Positions 16,893-24,815 of a stretch of DNA of 35,151 nt are shown here, piece by piece. Below the pieces are notes generated by a model. It was given only the letters and a program-made list of their open reading frames with translations. It searched no databases and was not told the DNA's origin. Positions within the stretch are counted from its first letter, which is position 1, and the number at the start of each line of letters is the position of its first letter. The stretch covers positions 1 to 35,151 of the forward strand of contig JAISSM010000019.1 of the NCBI GenBank assembly GCA_031273075.1, written 5' to 3'. The DNA is from Rickettsiales bacterium. GTDB lineage: Bacteria; Pseudomonadota; Alphaproteobacteria; Rs-D84. The translations under genes were made by a program, and so were the position numbers.

Positions 16893-17101
16893 TCGGGGAG
16901 TTGATAAAATCATAGTTTCCAATGACCCCGCCGGTCTTCAATATATAACCGGCGGCTCCCCGACCTGGGTCGGAGAGTATGACGAAATAAAAAAGACGCT
17001 CCGCGCGTCCTTGTTTTCGTCAGGCGGATACAACGCGAAAATGTCGCGTCGAGAAACTATGGGCTTTATCAGAACCCCGAAGCCACATCCCTGTGGATTC
17101 G
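16868..17101 (-). ncRNA. candidate structured small RNA of unknown family, about 230 nt, with a multi-helix junction
   Basis: A promoter-like TTGCAA, 17-nt spacer, TATGCT lies upstream. A closing helix of about 20 bp pairs 17053-17078 with 16895-16919. Four internal hairpins of 7-9 bp follow, and the RNA ends in an intrinsic terminator. No credible ORF. Confidence 0.4.
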
Positions 17102-17107
17102 ATCCTA

Positions 17108-17136
17108 AGCATAATAAATGCAAAAAGAAATTGCAA
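17108..17136 (-). promoter_or_regulatory. candidate promoter of the ncRNA
   Basis: In minus sense: TTGCAA (17131-17136), 17-nt spacer, TATGCT (17108-17113), with an AT-rich UP-like tract upstream (17137-17190). Confidence 0.35.
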
Positions 17137-17245
17137 TAAATTAATTATCAATTATAAATTATTAATTATTAATCATTATAAATTCCCCGGGTTTTGGCGG
17201 ATTTTCCCCGCCCGAAAGGGCCTGAAAAATATTTTTCATGCAAAC

Positions 17246-17273
17246 TTGACAAATATATTTTACATGGTATTAT
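17246..17273 (+). promoter_or_regulatory. near-consensus sigma70 promoter of the small ORF
   Basis: TTGACA (17246-17251), 16-nt spacer, TGgTATTAT (extended -10). Confidence 0.6.
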
Positions 17274-17302
17274 ATCGCCTATCAGAAAAAAGGGGATGTG
17301 TT

Positions 17303-17488
17303 ATGCTTGGTATAAAGGACAAATCTTTTGTTAATAAGGCTATCGAAAAGCATGTGGAGTTGCCCAAAGATAAGCCCGTTGATCCCAGAAGTATATCGGC
17401 TGGGGTGCTGGCCGTGGCGCTGTATAGGTCTTCCGTGGAAGAACTCTTGGGCCATGTAGCCAACACGGTCGGCGCGCTTAGCCAATAA
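17303..17488 (+). CDS. small hypothetical protein (61 aa)
   Basis: ATG at 17303 lies 8 nt after an AAAGGGG SD. Bracketed by a consensus promoter and a terminator. Sequence: MLGIKDKSFVNKAIEKHVELPKDKPVDPRSISAGVLAVALYRSSVEELLGHVANTVGALSQ. Confidence 0.55.
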   Translation: MLGIKDKSFVNKAIEKHVELPKDKPVDPRSISAGVLAVALYRSSVEELLGHVANTVGALSQ

Positions 17489-17507
17489 AAATCGGGTTTG
17501 CATAAAG

Positions 17508-17531
17508 AACCCGCCGGTCGGCGGGATTTTT
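17508..17531. terminator. bidirectional rho-independent terminator (small ORF / secG)
   Basis: Hairpin CCCGCCGGTCGGCGGG, flanked by a T-run on the plus strand and UUCUUUAU in minus sense. Confidence 0.7.
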
Positions 17532-17904
17532 AATTCTCGGGTATATTCGGCGTATCCGCGGACGCAGGGGCGTCCTCCATATCGGCCGGTATCGGCGTCG
17601 AAACCGTTTGGGCCGCGGGCGCGGTCGACTGCAACGCCTCTCTGACTTCCGACCGCCCGCCTATATTGCCGCCTTGTTTCGAAACCAAAAACGCCAGCAC
17701 CGCGCATATCACAAAAAATATCGTCGCCAGCCACGCCGTCAATTTTGTAAAGAAATTCCCGGCAGAGGCCCCCGTAAGCGCGCCGCCGAACATGCTTGCC
17801 GCCTGGGATCCGGACATGCCGCCCCCTTCCGATTTTTGCAACAATATCACAAGGACCATTATCACGGAGACTATGATCAGCAATGTCAATAATATAGAAT
17901 ACAT
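17530..17904 (-). CDS. secG: preprotein translocase subunit SecG
   Basis: The MYSILLTLLIIVSVIMVLVILLQKSEGGG...FGG pattern and two TM segments fit SecG. It lies 9 nt downstream of rplQ. Confidence 0.88.
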   Translation of the reverse strand: MYSILLTLLIIVSVIMVLVILLQKSEGGGMSGSQAASMFGGALTGASAGNFFTKLTAWLATIFFVICAVLAFLVSKQGGNIGGRSEVREALQSTAPAAQTVSTPIPADMEDAPASADTPNIPEN

Positions 17905-17913
17905 TTTTGTTCC

Positions 17914-18459
17914 TTATTTTCCGGTCGCGCGGCGTTTGACGGACACTTCCTTCACGCCTTTCGACGCCCTGACCGCCGCCCCGCCCGCATCATGCGCGAC
18001 TTTTTTAGAGGCGTCACGGACACCGGCGTCTTTTACACTTTCTTTTTTCGCCGCCGATTTCTTCGCGCCTTCGGGCGCGGCGCTTTTCTTCGCGTCGACG
18101 TCGCGATCGACCAATTCCATTATCGCCATTTCGGCCGCGTCGCCATATCGAAATCCAGACTTCAACACGCGCGTGTATCCGCCCGGGCGTTTCACATAGC
18201 GCGGGCCCAGCACAGCGAACAATTTTTTTACCGTCTTCGCGTCATTCTCCAATTCGCTTGCGACAAGGCGGCGGTTAGGCACACTGTCCTCTTTCGCGCG
18301 CGTGATAAGTTTTTCCACAACGCCGCGCAGCGCTTTCGCGCGCTGAAGCGTCGTTTTTATCTGCTCTTTTTCTATCAGCGATTTCGCGAGGTTGAGAAAA
18401 AGCGCCTTCCTCGAATTCGCGTCGCGATTAAAATGATAATTCTTTTTCCCGTGTCTCAT
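17914..18459 (-). CDS. rplQ: 50S ribosomal protein L17 with a long Lys/Ala-rich C-terminal tail
   Basis: [45 protein letters not shown]... is canonical L17. Confidence 0.97.
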   Translation of the reverse strand: MRHGKKNYHFNRDANSRKALFLNLAKSLIEKEQIKTTLQRAKALRGVVEKLITRAKEDSVPNRRLVASELENDAKTVKKLFAVLGPRYVKRPGGYTRVLKSGFRYGDAAEMAIMELVDRDVDAKKSAAPEGAKKSAAKKESVKDAGVRDASKKVAHDAGGAAVRASKGVKEVSVKRRATGK

Positions 18460-18470
18460 TTTCTTTCGCC

Positions 18471-19499
18471 TTATGATTTATACGGATTCTCGTATTTTTT
18501 GGCCAACTGTCCGATGTTCTCAGGCGGCCAGCCCGGGACTTCCATACCCAGCGAAAAGCCCATCGCCTCCAGCTGGGCCTTGATCTCGTTCAAAGACTTG
18601 CGCCCGAAGTTCGGAGTTTTCAGCATGTCGGCCTCCGTCTTCTGGACCAATTCGCCAAGATAATTGATATGGTCGTTTTTCAGACAGTTGTTCGCGCGGA
18701 CGGACAATTCCAATTCGTCCACGTGCTTTAACAGTTTCGGATCGAACGGAAGCGTCTCTTTCTTGACCTCCTCCACTTCCGGCTTTATCTTTTCCGCCGG
18801 ATCTTCGAAGTTTATGAACACGACAAGCTGATCCGTCAAAATCCGCGCGGCGTACGCAAGCGCGTCTTCCGGCGAGACCGCGCCGTTGGTTTTCACAACC
18901 ATGGTAAGCTTGTCAAAGTCGGTCATTTGTCCGACGCGCGTTTCCTCCACCTCCGTCGACACGTTAAGCACCGGCGAATATATGGAGTCGACCGGTATGG
19001 TCCCGATCGGAGTGTTCTGCTGAAACTTCGCGGCGACGTATCCGCAACCGGTGTTCAAATTGATCTCCATGCCCAGGGCCGCGCCTTCGGCCACATGGCA
19101 GATTTCAAAATCCTTGTTCGTCACGGACACGCCGGCGGGACATTCTATCATTCCGGCGGTCACGACCGCGGGGCCCGAAACTTTCAGATGCGCCTTCTTC
19201 GCGCCCTCCGAATCCGTTTTGAAATAGACGCCCTTAAGGTTAAGAATCAAGTCCGTAACGTCTTCGCGAATGCCCGATATCGTCGTGAACTCGTGCTGAA
19301 TCCCGTCGATCTTGACGCTTGTGATCGCACAGCCTTGAAGCGACGACAAAAGCACGCGGCGCAGCGCGGTTCCAAGGGTCAATCCGAATCCCTTTTCCAA
19401 AGGCTCCGCCACCAGGGTCGCCTTGTTCACGTTCTTATCGTCTATGTGAATGCTGATTTTTTTCGGCTTAAGAAGCGACTGCCAATTTTTCTCTATCAT
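18471..19499 (-). CDS. rpoA: DNA-directed RNA polymerase alpha subunit
   Basis: 342 aa. The C-terminal domain carries [23 protein letters not shown]. Confidence 0.98.
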   Translation of the reverse strand: MIEKNWQSLLKPKKISIHIDDKNVNKATLVAEPLEKGFGLTLGTALRRVLLSSLQGCAITSVKIDGIQHEFTTISGIREDVTDLILNLKGVYFKTDSEGAKKAHLKVSGPAVVTAGMIECPAGVSVTNKDFEICHVAEGAALGMEINLNTGCGYVAAKFQQNTPIGTIPVDSIYSPVLNVSTEVEETRVGQMTDFDKLTMVVKTNGAVSPEDALAYAARILTDQLVVFINFEDPAEKIKPEVEEVKKETLPFDPKLLKHVDELELSVRANNCLKNDHINYLGELVQKTEADMLKTPNFGRKSLNEIKAQLEAMGFSLGMEVPGWPPENIGQLAKKYENPYKS

Positions 19500-19540
19500 T
19501 TTTTTACCTTTTGGTTAGTTTATCATTTTCCCAACTGGTT

Positions 19541-19659
19541 GTTCGCGCCAGAATTGCGCCAAATCGGAACAAAACCTCCCCACTCATGTACCCATCAGTA
19601 CACTTCGGGGTCGGTTTCGCACCACCTTGGCACATTCTAACGCGAACAAGTGCGTTAGA
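19541..19659 (-). repeat. intercistronic structured RNA element, type B (copy 1, rpsK|rpoA)
   Basis: Outer stem GTTCGCG/CGCGAAC. It shares about 100 nt with copy 4, including the core CACTCATGTA...GTACACTTCGGGG. Confidence 0.8.
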
Positions 19660-19665
19660 CGCGCA

Positions 19666-20046
19666 TCACACGCGGCGCACTTTTTTCGGACGGCATCCGT
19701 TGTGCGGAACGCGCGTCGTGTCCGTAATCGTCTGCACGATAAGGCCCGCGTTGCCGAGGCCCCGGACCGCGGACTCGCGCCCGCCGCCGATGCCGCGCAT
19801 AAGCACGTCTATCGTTTTCATTCCCAAATCGCACGCCTTTTTCGCCACGCTTTCCGCGACTATGGCCGCGGCGTAGGGGGTCGATTTTTTCGCGCCCTTG
19901 AAATTGTTCGCGCCCGCGGTGGCCCAGCACAACACCGCGCCGCCCTGATCCGTTATAGTGATGCGCGTGTTGTTCATCGTCGCCAAAACATGCGCGACGC
20001 CGTGCGACACTTTCTTTTGAACTTTTTTCTTATGCTTCAACGCCAT
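19666..20046 (-). CDS. rpsK: 30S ribosomal protein S11
   Basis: ...GVAHVLATMNNTRITITDQGGAVLCWATAG... is canonical S11. Confidence 0.97.
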   Translation of the reverse strand: MALKHKKKVQKKVSHGVAHVLATMNNTRITITDQGGAVLCWATAGANNFKGAKKSTPYAAAIVAESVAKKACDLGMKTIDVLMRGIGGGRESAVRGLGNAGLIVQTITDTTRVPHNGCRPKKVRRV

Positions 20047-20047
20047 A

Positions 20048-20425
20048 TTATTTTCCTTTAGTCGCCGATCCCGCGACCGCGACGCGTTTGCCCTTCCGGG
20101 TGCGCGCGTTCGTCTGAGTGCGCTGACCCCGAACCGGAAGACGGTTCCGATGGCGAAGCCCGCGGTACGTTTTAAGGTCCTGCAAGCGCTTTATGTTCAT
20201 CGTGACTTCGCGGCGAACGTCGCCCTCTATCTTGAAATTCTGTTCTATATAGCGCGATATGTCTATGATCTGCGCGTCCGTCAAATCTTTCGCGCGAAGC
20301 GAGCTTGGAAATTTAAGCGCGTTCACTATCTGTTTCGCCCGCGTCGGACCGATGCCGTATATGTACGTCAAGGCAACTTCTACCCTCTTCTCAACTGGAA
20401 TATTTACTCCTGCTATTCTCGCCAT
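20048..20425 (-). CDS. rpsM: 30S ribosomal protein S13
   Basis: [26 protein letters not shown]... is canonical S13. Confidence 0.97.
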   Translation of the reverse strand: MARIAGVNIPVEKRVEVALTYIYGIGPTRAKQIVNALKFPSSLRAKDLTDAQIIDISRYIEQNFKIEGDVRREVTMNIKRLQDLKTYRGLRHRNRLPVRGQRTQTNARTRKGKRVAVAGSATKGK

Positions 20426-20443
20426 ATACTTTCTTCCTTTAAT

Positions 20444-20489
20444 CTATCGGGTCGCGTGAAACTTTTGACGCGACGTCCTTGCTTGACCC
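20444..20489 (-). repeat. intercistronic structured RNA element, type A minimal form (copy 2, secY|rpsM)
   Basis: ctatcGGGTCGCGTgaaacttttgACGCGACgtccttgcttgaccc. Only the outer hairpin and the conserved flanks are present. Confidence 0.75.
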
Positions 20490-20541
20490 TTTTTTATTCT
20501 TTTTATTACGGTTTCCTATTTTATCCTAATATTCCGCAATG

Positions 20542-21858
20542 TCAAACGCGAAAGCGACTTTTCTTGCCCGCCTTTTTGATCACGCTCGAATATTGCTTTG
20601 CGAAGATATAAGACTGTATCTGATTGAACGTGTCAAGCACGACGCCCGCGACGATCAGAACGCTTGTCCCGCCGATCACAAGCGGCATTCCGAACCTCGT
20701 GTTAAGCACTATCGGCATGCAGCACACGAATATAAGGTACGCGACCCCGATCGTCGTCGTGCGCGAAACTATATCGTCCAGAAACATCCGCGTCTGTTCG
20801 CCCGGACGGACGCCGGGGATATAACCCCCCGCGTTTTTAAGGTTGTTCGCCGTTTCCTCGGAATTAAACACTATCGCCGTTTGGAAAAACGCAAAGAACG
20901 CGACCAGAAAAGAGAAAAGGATTATATACGACCACGTTCCGTACGTGAAGAACGCCATGACCTGCTGGTACCAAAGCGAATCGGACTCTATAAACTTCGT
21001 CAGAAACGCGGGAAGCATCATTATCGACGACGCGAACACCGGACCCATCACGCCCGACATATTCAATTTTATCGGAAGGTAAGACGATTGGTTGTTCTGC
21101 ATGCCCATCATCGAAGCCTGGCGCGGATAAAGTATCTGTATCCGGCGCTGAGACTGTTCCATGAACGCGATCAGCGCGATTATGCCGACGACAAACGCCG
21201 CGATCACGAACATCATGAACGGCGACACGCTTCCGACGCCGCCAAGCTGGGCCAGCTTTACGATCCCGCCGGGTATTTCGGCGACTATCCCCGCGAATAT
21301 CAACAGCGACGCGCCCTGACCGAAACCGCGCGCGGTGATTTGCTCCGCAAGCCACATTACGAACGACGTTCCGCCGACCAGCGCCACGACCGTCGATATT
21401 TCAAAGAACAGGCCCGGATTCACCACCGCCGGAACGCCGTTCACCGGCGGCATCGCCGACAATCCCTTCGCGACCGCCCATCCCTGGACTATACACAGCA
21501 CTATGGCGAGATAGCGCGTGTATTGGTTTATTCTGACCCGGCCCGATTCGCCTTCCTTGCGAAGCTCGCTCAGCGTTTTCGACGCCGTGGACATCAGTTG
21601 TATAACTATCGACGCGGATATGTACGGGAAAATGTTCAGCGCCAAAACGGACATTCTGGACAATGATCCGCCCGCGAACACGTCGAACATGCCCAGCATT
21701 CCGGTGCTGTCGTCGAACAGGCGAAGGACGGCCGACGCGTTCACGCCCGGAAGCGGAACGAACGAGCCGACGCGGTATATGACGAGCGCGAACAATGTAA
21801 AAAGCAGCCGCTTTTGCAGATCGCTTAAACCGCTTAAATATTCCTTGATTATCGTCAT
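20542..21858 (-). CDS. secY: preprotein translocase subunit SecY
   Basis: 438 aa from ATG 21856-21858, overlapping the rplO stop (ATGA). Ten-TM pattern; starts [40 protein letters not shown]. Confidence 0.97.
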   Translation of the reverse strand: MTIIKEYLSGLSDLQKRLLFTLFALVIYRVGSFVPLPGVNASAVLRLFDDSTGMLGMFDVFAGGSLSRMSVLALNIFPYISASIVIQLMSTASKTLSELRKEGESGRVRINQYTRYLAIVLCIVQGWAVAKGLSAMPPVNGVPAVVNPGLFFEISTVVALVGGTSFVMWLAEQITARGFGQGASLLIFAGIVAEIPGGIVKLAQLGGVGSVSPFMMFVIAAFVVGIIALIAFMEQSQRRIQILYPRQASMMGMQNNQSSYLPIKLNMSGVMGPVFASSIMMLPAFLTKFIESDSLWYQQVMAFFTYGTWSYIILFSFLVAFFAFFQTAIVFNSEETANNLKNAGGYIPGVRPGEQTRMFLDDIVSRTTTIGVAYLIFVCCMPIVLNTRFGMPLVIGGTSVLIVAGVVLDTFNQIQSYIFAKQYSSVIKKAGKKSRFRV

Positions 21859-22313
21859 TTGGATTCTATAGTTCCGCCCGCTTTTACGACCGCCGCCTCC
21901 GCCGCCTTGGACCATTTGGCCGCCACTATGCTCATCTTGGATGCGATCGCGCCTTTGGCCAGAACTTTCAATCCGTCAGATTCGCCTTTGATTATTTTCG
22001 CGGCTTTAAGGGTTTCAAGCGTGATTTCTTTCGACGCGTCTATCCTTTTCGCCTTTATGAATTTTTCCAAATCGCCCAGATTTATTTCGGCGTATTCCTT
22101 ATGAAACGGGCTTACAAAACCGAACTTCGGAAAGCGGCGCAAAATATTAAGCTGCCCCCCCTGGAACGTCGCGATCTTGCGCGCGCCGGCGCGCGCCTTG
22201 GCGCCCTTGTGCCCGCGACCAGCCGTCTTGCCTTTGCCGGACGCTATTCCGCGGCCCACTCTTTTCCTATAGTGAGTCGCCCCAGGCTTGCTTTTCAATT
22301 CGTTAAGTTTCAT
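21855..22313 (-). CDS. rplO: 50S ribosomal protein L15
   Basis: [37 protein letters not shown]... is canonical L15. Confidence 0.97.
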   Translation of the reverse strand: MKLNELKSKPGATHYRKRVGRGIASGKGKTAGRGHKGAKARAGARKIATFQGGQLNILRRFPKFGFVSPFHKEYAEINLGDLEKFIKAKRIDASKEITLETLKAAKIIKGESDGLKVLAKGAIASKMSIVAAKWSKAAEAAVVKAGGTIESK

Positions 22314-22867
22314 TCCACAACCTCTTCTTTCTTCGCGGCCATGCGCCCGCCCTGGTTCGAAACTATTTCCGCAACCGGCTTGCCGCGGCGGTTCGCCACT
22401 ATCTTAGGGCTGTTCATTCTTCCGAACGCAAGGAACGCGGCGCGCACCATGTTGTGCGGATTGTTGGACCCTTTGGATTTCGCGACGACGTCCTGAACGC
22501 CAAGGCAGTCGAACACGGCGCGAAGGGCGCCGCCCGCGATGATCCCCGTTCCTGGAACGGCCGCGCGCATGACCACTTGGCCCGCGCCGAACTTCGCGGA
22601 TATATCGTGATGCAGAGTTCTGCCCTCTTTAAGAGGGACCTGCACCATTTTTCTTTTCGCCTCTTTCGTCGCCTTTTGCACCGCGGATTGAACCTCGCGC
22701 GCGTGGCCTTTGCCGAACCCGACCTTGCCCGCCTTGTCGCCGACGACGACAAGCGCCGAGAACGACATCGTGCGGCCGCCTTTCACGGTTTTGGACACGC
22801 GGTTGATCGCGATCAATTTATCGACCAAATTGTCGGTTTGCAAATCTTTATTTTCAAATCGTGCCAT
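22310..22867 (-). CDS. rpsE: 30S ribosomal protein S5
   Basis: ...[42 protein letters not shown]... is canonical S5. Confidence 0.97.
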   Translation of the reverse strand: MARFENKDLQTDNLVDKLIAINRVSKTVKGGRTMSFSALVVVGDKAGKVGFGKGHAREVQSAVQKATKEAKRKMVQVPLKEGRTLHHDISAKFGAGQVVMRAAVPGTGIIAGGALRAVFDCLGVQDVVAKSKGSNNPHNMVRAAFLAFGRMNSPKIVANRRGKPVAEIVSNQGGRMAAKKEEVVE

Positions 22868-22869
22868 TT

Positions 22870-23256
22870 TTATTTTACCTTTTTTATATTATTCGAACAT
22901 TCCATAATATAGTATGTTTTTGCCGCAATTGCCGAAGCAAAAGCCGATGCCGAGGCGCTGAACATCGGGATCGTGGTCGATAAATCAACCATTTCCGCCG
23001 GAACAGACGACAACACCGTGCCGGACAACATAAGAGGCATGCCCGATATCGCCAAAATCCAATTTGCCGCCTCATTTTCCTTTGGAAGCCGCCGGCCCCG
23101 CTCCAAATTAAATGTAAGTTCTTTACACAGCCAACTCGTAGAACATTTTTCACATAACCAATCCGCAAAATTTTCGAGCTTAGTCGACAGGGTTGCGCCT
23201 TGACCCGGTTGCAACAAATTGCCATCCAAAAAATTCTTGCCAAGAGGGTTCGTCAT
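22870..23256 (-). CDS. orphan cistron between rplR and rpsE (128 aa, hydrophobic C-terminal half)
   Basis: ATG 23254-23256 lies 16 nt after the rplR TGA with an AGGA SD. Its TAA is 2 nt before the rpsE ATG. AT-rich. Putative TM segments: [23 protein letters not shown] and [17 protein letters not shown]. Confidence 0.6.
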   Translation of the reverse strand: MTNPLGKNFLDGNLLQPGQGATLSTKLENFADWLCEKCSTSWLCKELTFNLERGRRLPKENEAANWILAISGMPLMLSGTVLSSVPAEMVDLSTTIPMFSASASAFASAIAAKTYYIMECSNNIKKVK

Positions 23257-23272
23257 ATTTTTTATTCCTGTA

Positions 23273-23623
23273 TCAAAACTTCACGCCGCCGGCGCGGATC
23301 GCATCCGCAAGGGCTTTGATGCGGCCGTGGTATTTGTATCCGCCGCGGTCGAAATACACTTCCTTCAACTTGGCCTTCTTCGCGCGTTCGGCAAACATCT
23401 TTCCGACTTCCTCTGCTCCGGCCGCGTTCCAACCCTTGCCTTTGAAGTCTTTTTCCTTGCTCGACGCGGCGCAGATCGTCCTGCCGTTCACATCGTCGAT
23501 CGCCTGTATCTCCATATGGCTGTTGGAACGGAACGCGCAGAGGCGCACCCGGCCGTAATTTTTTCTTTTAAGAGAGGCGCGGTTCGCAAATGTGCGCCGC
23601 TCGCCCGAAGTTAAGTGTTTCAT
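23273..23623 (-). CDS. rplR: 50S ribosomal protein L18
   Basis: ...RVRLCAFRSNSHMEIQAIDDVNGRTICAASS...DRGGYKYHGRIKALADAIRAGGVKF is canonical L18. Confidence 0.97.
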   Translation of the reverse strand: MKHLTSGERRTFANRASLKRKNYGRVRLCAFRSNSHMEIQAIDDVNGRTICAASSKEKDFKGKGWNAAGAEEVGKMFAERAKKAKLKEVYFDRGGYKYHGRIKALADAIRAGGVKF

Positions 23624-23639
23624 TTTTTATCCATTCGTT

Positions 23640-23837
23640 CTATTTTTCTTTCGCTATTTTCGCAATTTGGTCCTTGGAATACGACTTCGACTGCTTCCAC
23701 TCCTTGAATAATTTTAATATCTCTTTTTTACATTCAACGCCCTTGGATATGATCTGGCCTTTTTCCACATCCACCAAATCATAGGTTCTTCTCTCCACAA
23801 CTTTCAATGAATCGGTTTTCCTTATTACCTTTTCCAT
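23640..23837 (-). CDS. orphan cistron between rplF and rplR (65 aa, Lys-rich)
   Basis: ATG 23835-23837 lies 4 nt after the rplF TAG, and its stop is 16 nt before the rplR ATG. AT-rich. Starts MEKVIRKTDSLKVVERRTYDLVDVEKGQIISKGVECKKEILKLFKEWK... Confidence 0.55.
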   Translation of the reverse strand: MEKVIRKTDSLKVVERRTYDLVDVEKGQIISKGVECKKEILKLFKEWKQSKSYSKDQIAKIAKEK

Positions 23838-23841
23838 TTTA

Positions 23842-24390
23842 CTACTTCTTCTTGCCTTCTTTGCGGCGAATCGTTTCGTTTTTATAGAATATGCCCTTGC
23901 CCTTGTACGGTTCCGGCTTGCGGACTTTGCGGATCTTGTCAGCGAATATCCCGACCGCGTTCTTGTCCGTGCCCGAGATTTTGAATTCCGTCGCGGATGA
24001 AACCTCCACCGATATTCCATTTGGAATCGGCATAACGACGTCGTGCGAATAACCCGCGGTCAAAACCAGATCTTTTCCTTTGACGACCGCCTTGAATCCG
24101 ACGCCTTTCATTCCCATCTCTATAAAATATCCCATCGTGACTCCCGTGACCGCCTGTTTGATATTCCGCGCCATTGTGCCCCACATCGCGCGCGACGCCT
24201 TGTCATCCGGATTAAACGGCGAGACCAAAACCGATTTTTCATCAATGTCGACTTTGACAAGGTTCGAATTGGCGGTGTCGACGCGAACGGAAAGTTCGCC
24301 CTTCGGCCCGCGGACGACTATCGCGCCGCCCTCTTTCGCGACGGTTACGCCGTTCGGAATTTCTATCTTATTTTTGCCTGCTCTCGACAT
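23842..24390 (-). CDS. rplF: 50S ribosomal protein L6
   Basis: MSRAGKNKIEIPNGVTVAKEGGAIVVRGPKGELS... is canonical L6. Confidence 0.97.
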   Translation of the reverse strand: MSRAGKNKIEIPNGVTVAKEGGAIVVRGPKGELSVRVDTANSNLVKVDIDEKSVLVSPFNPDDKASRAMWGTMARNIKQAVTGVTMGYFIEMGMKGVGFKAVVKGKDLVLTAGYSHDVVMPIPNGISVEVSSATEFKISGTDKNAVGIFADKIRKVRKPEPYKGKGIFYKNETIRRKEGKKK

Positions 24391-24400
24391 GATCTTTTCC

Positions 24401-24799
24401 TTAAATTACGCGGCACAAAACTTCGCCGCCGACATTCTTCACGCGCGCGGCCGCATCCGTCATTACGCCCATCGGGGTCGACACTATCGCGACGCCAAGC
24501 CCGTTCATGACGCGCGGCATTTTGTCCACGCTGAAATACGCGCGGCGACCCGGCTTTGATACGACCGATATCTCCTGGATCGCGCCCGACCCGCCCGTGT
24601 ATTTAAGCGTCGCTTCCAGGTCGAATTTGTTCGCGCCCGCGGCAACCTTTTTGAAACCGGTTAAAAACCCCTCGTCCACAAGGACGGAAAGCACGGCTTC
24701 CTTAAGCGCCGAATACGGCATGGAAACGGTTTCCTTGCCGGCCTTCTGCCCGTTGCGAATTCTCGTAATCATGTCCCCGACGGGGTGAGTCAATGCCAT
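24401..24799 (-). CDS. rpsH: 30S ribosomal protein S8
   Basis: MALTHPVGDMITRIRNGQKAGKETV... is canonical S8. Confidence 0.97.
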   Translation of the reverse strand: MALTHPVGDMITRIRNGQKAGKETVSMPYSALKEAVLSVLVDEGFLTGFKKVAAGANKFDLEATLKYTGGSGAIQEISVVSKPGRRAYFSVDKMPRVMNGLGVAIVSTPMGVMTDAAARVKNVGGEVLCRVI

Positions 24800-24815
24800 T
24801 ATTATTTTTCCTTTG

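Noticed and set aside
16868-17101. The sRNA candidate considered as tmRNA, SRP (4.5S) RNA, RNase P RNA, or a cobalamin/FMN/TPP riboswitch
   Set aside because: The 5' GGGGUUCUGAU...UCGACG loosely resembles a tmRNA start, but there is no T-arm or CCA 3' end and no tag ORF ending in a hydrophobic-Ala-Ala motif. There is no GGAA-tetraloop AGCAGC motif (SRP) and no GAGGAAAGUCC (RNase P). Only partial chance matches exist (GAAGACCGGC to the B12 box; ACCGGCGG to the RFN element). Identity is left open rather than forced.
16938-17123. 61-aa minus-strand ORF inside the sRNA candidate
   Set aside because: It has no SD, and its frame runs through consecutive RNA hairpins and stops short of the terminator. 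The peptide has no features.
17110-17215. AT-rich tract with repeated ATTATAAATT motifs and one GAATCCACA considered as a possible oriC
   Set aside because: There is only a single imperfect DnaA-box-like 9-mer and no cluster of boxes, and dnaA and dnaN are not nearby. It is better explained as a divergent promoter or UP-element region.
20539-21666. 375-aa plus-strand ORF opposite secY
   Set aside because: Arg/His/Tyr-rich nonsense antisense to an unambiguous SecY. The same reasoning rejects 24864-25991, 28972-30258, 32735-34060 and 34542-35081, which lie opposite r-protein, tuf and fusA genes.
23640-24020. Long versions of the orphan ORFs as given in the track (23640-24020, 27071-27490, 30647-30991)
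   Set aside because: The upstream extensions overlap the 3' ends of rplF, rplP and rplD out of frame and encode Arg/Gly-rich junk. An internal ATG immediately after the upstream gene's stop gives a compact, coupled cistron instead.
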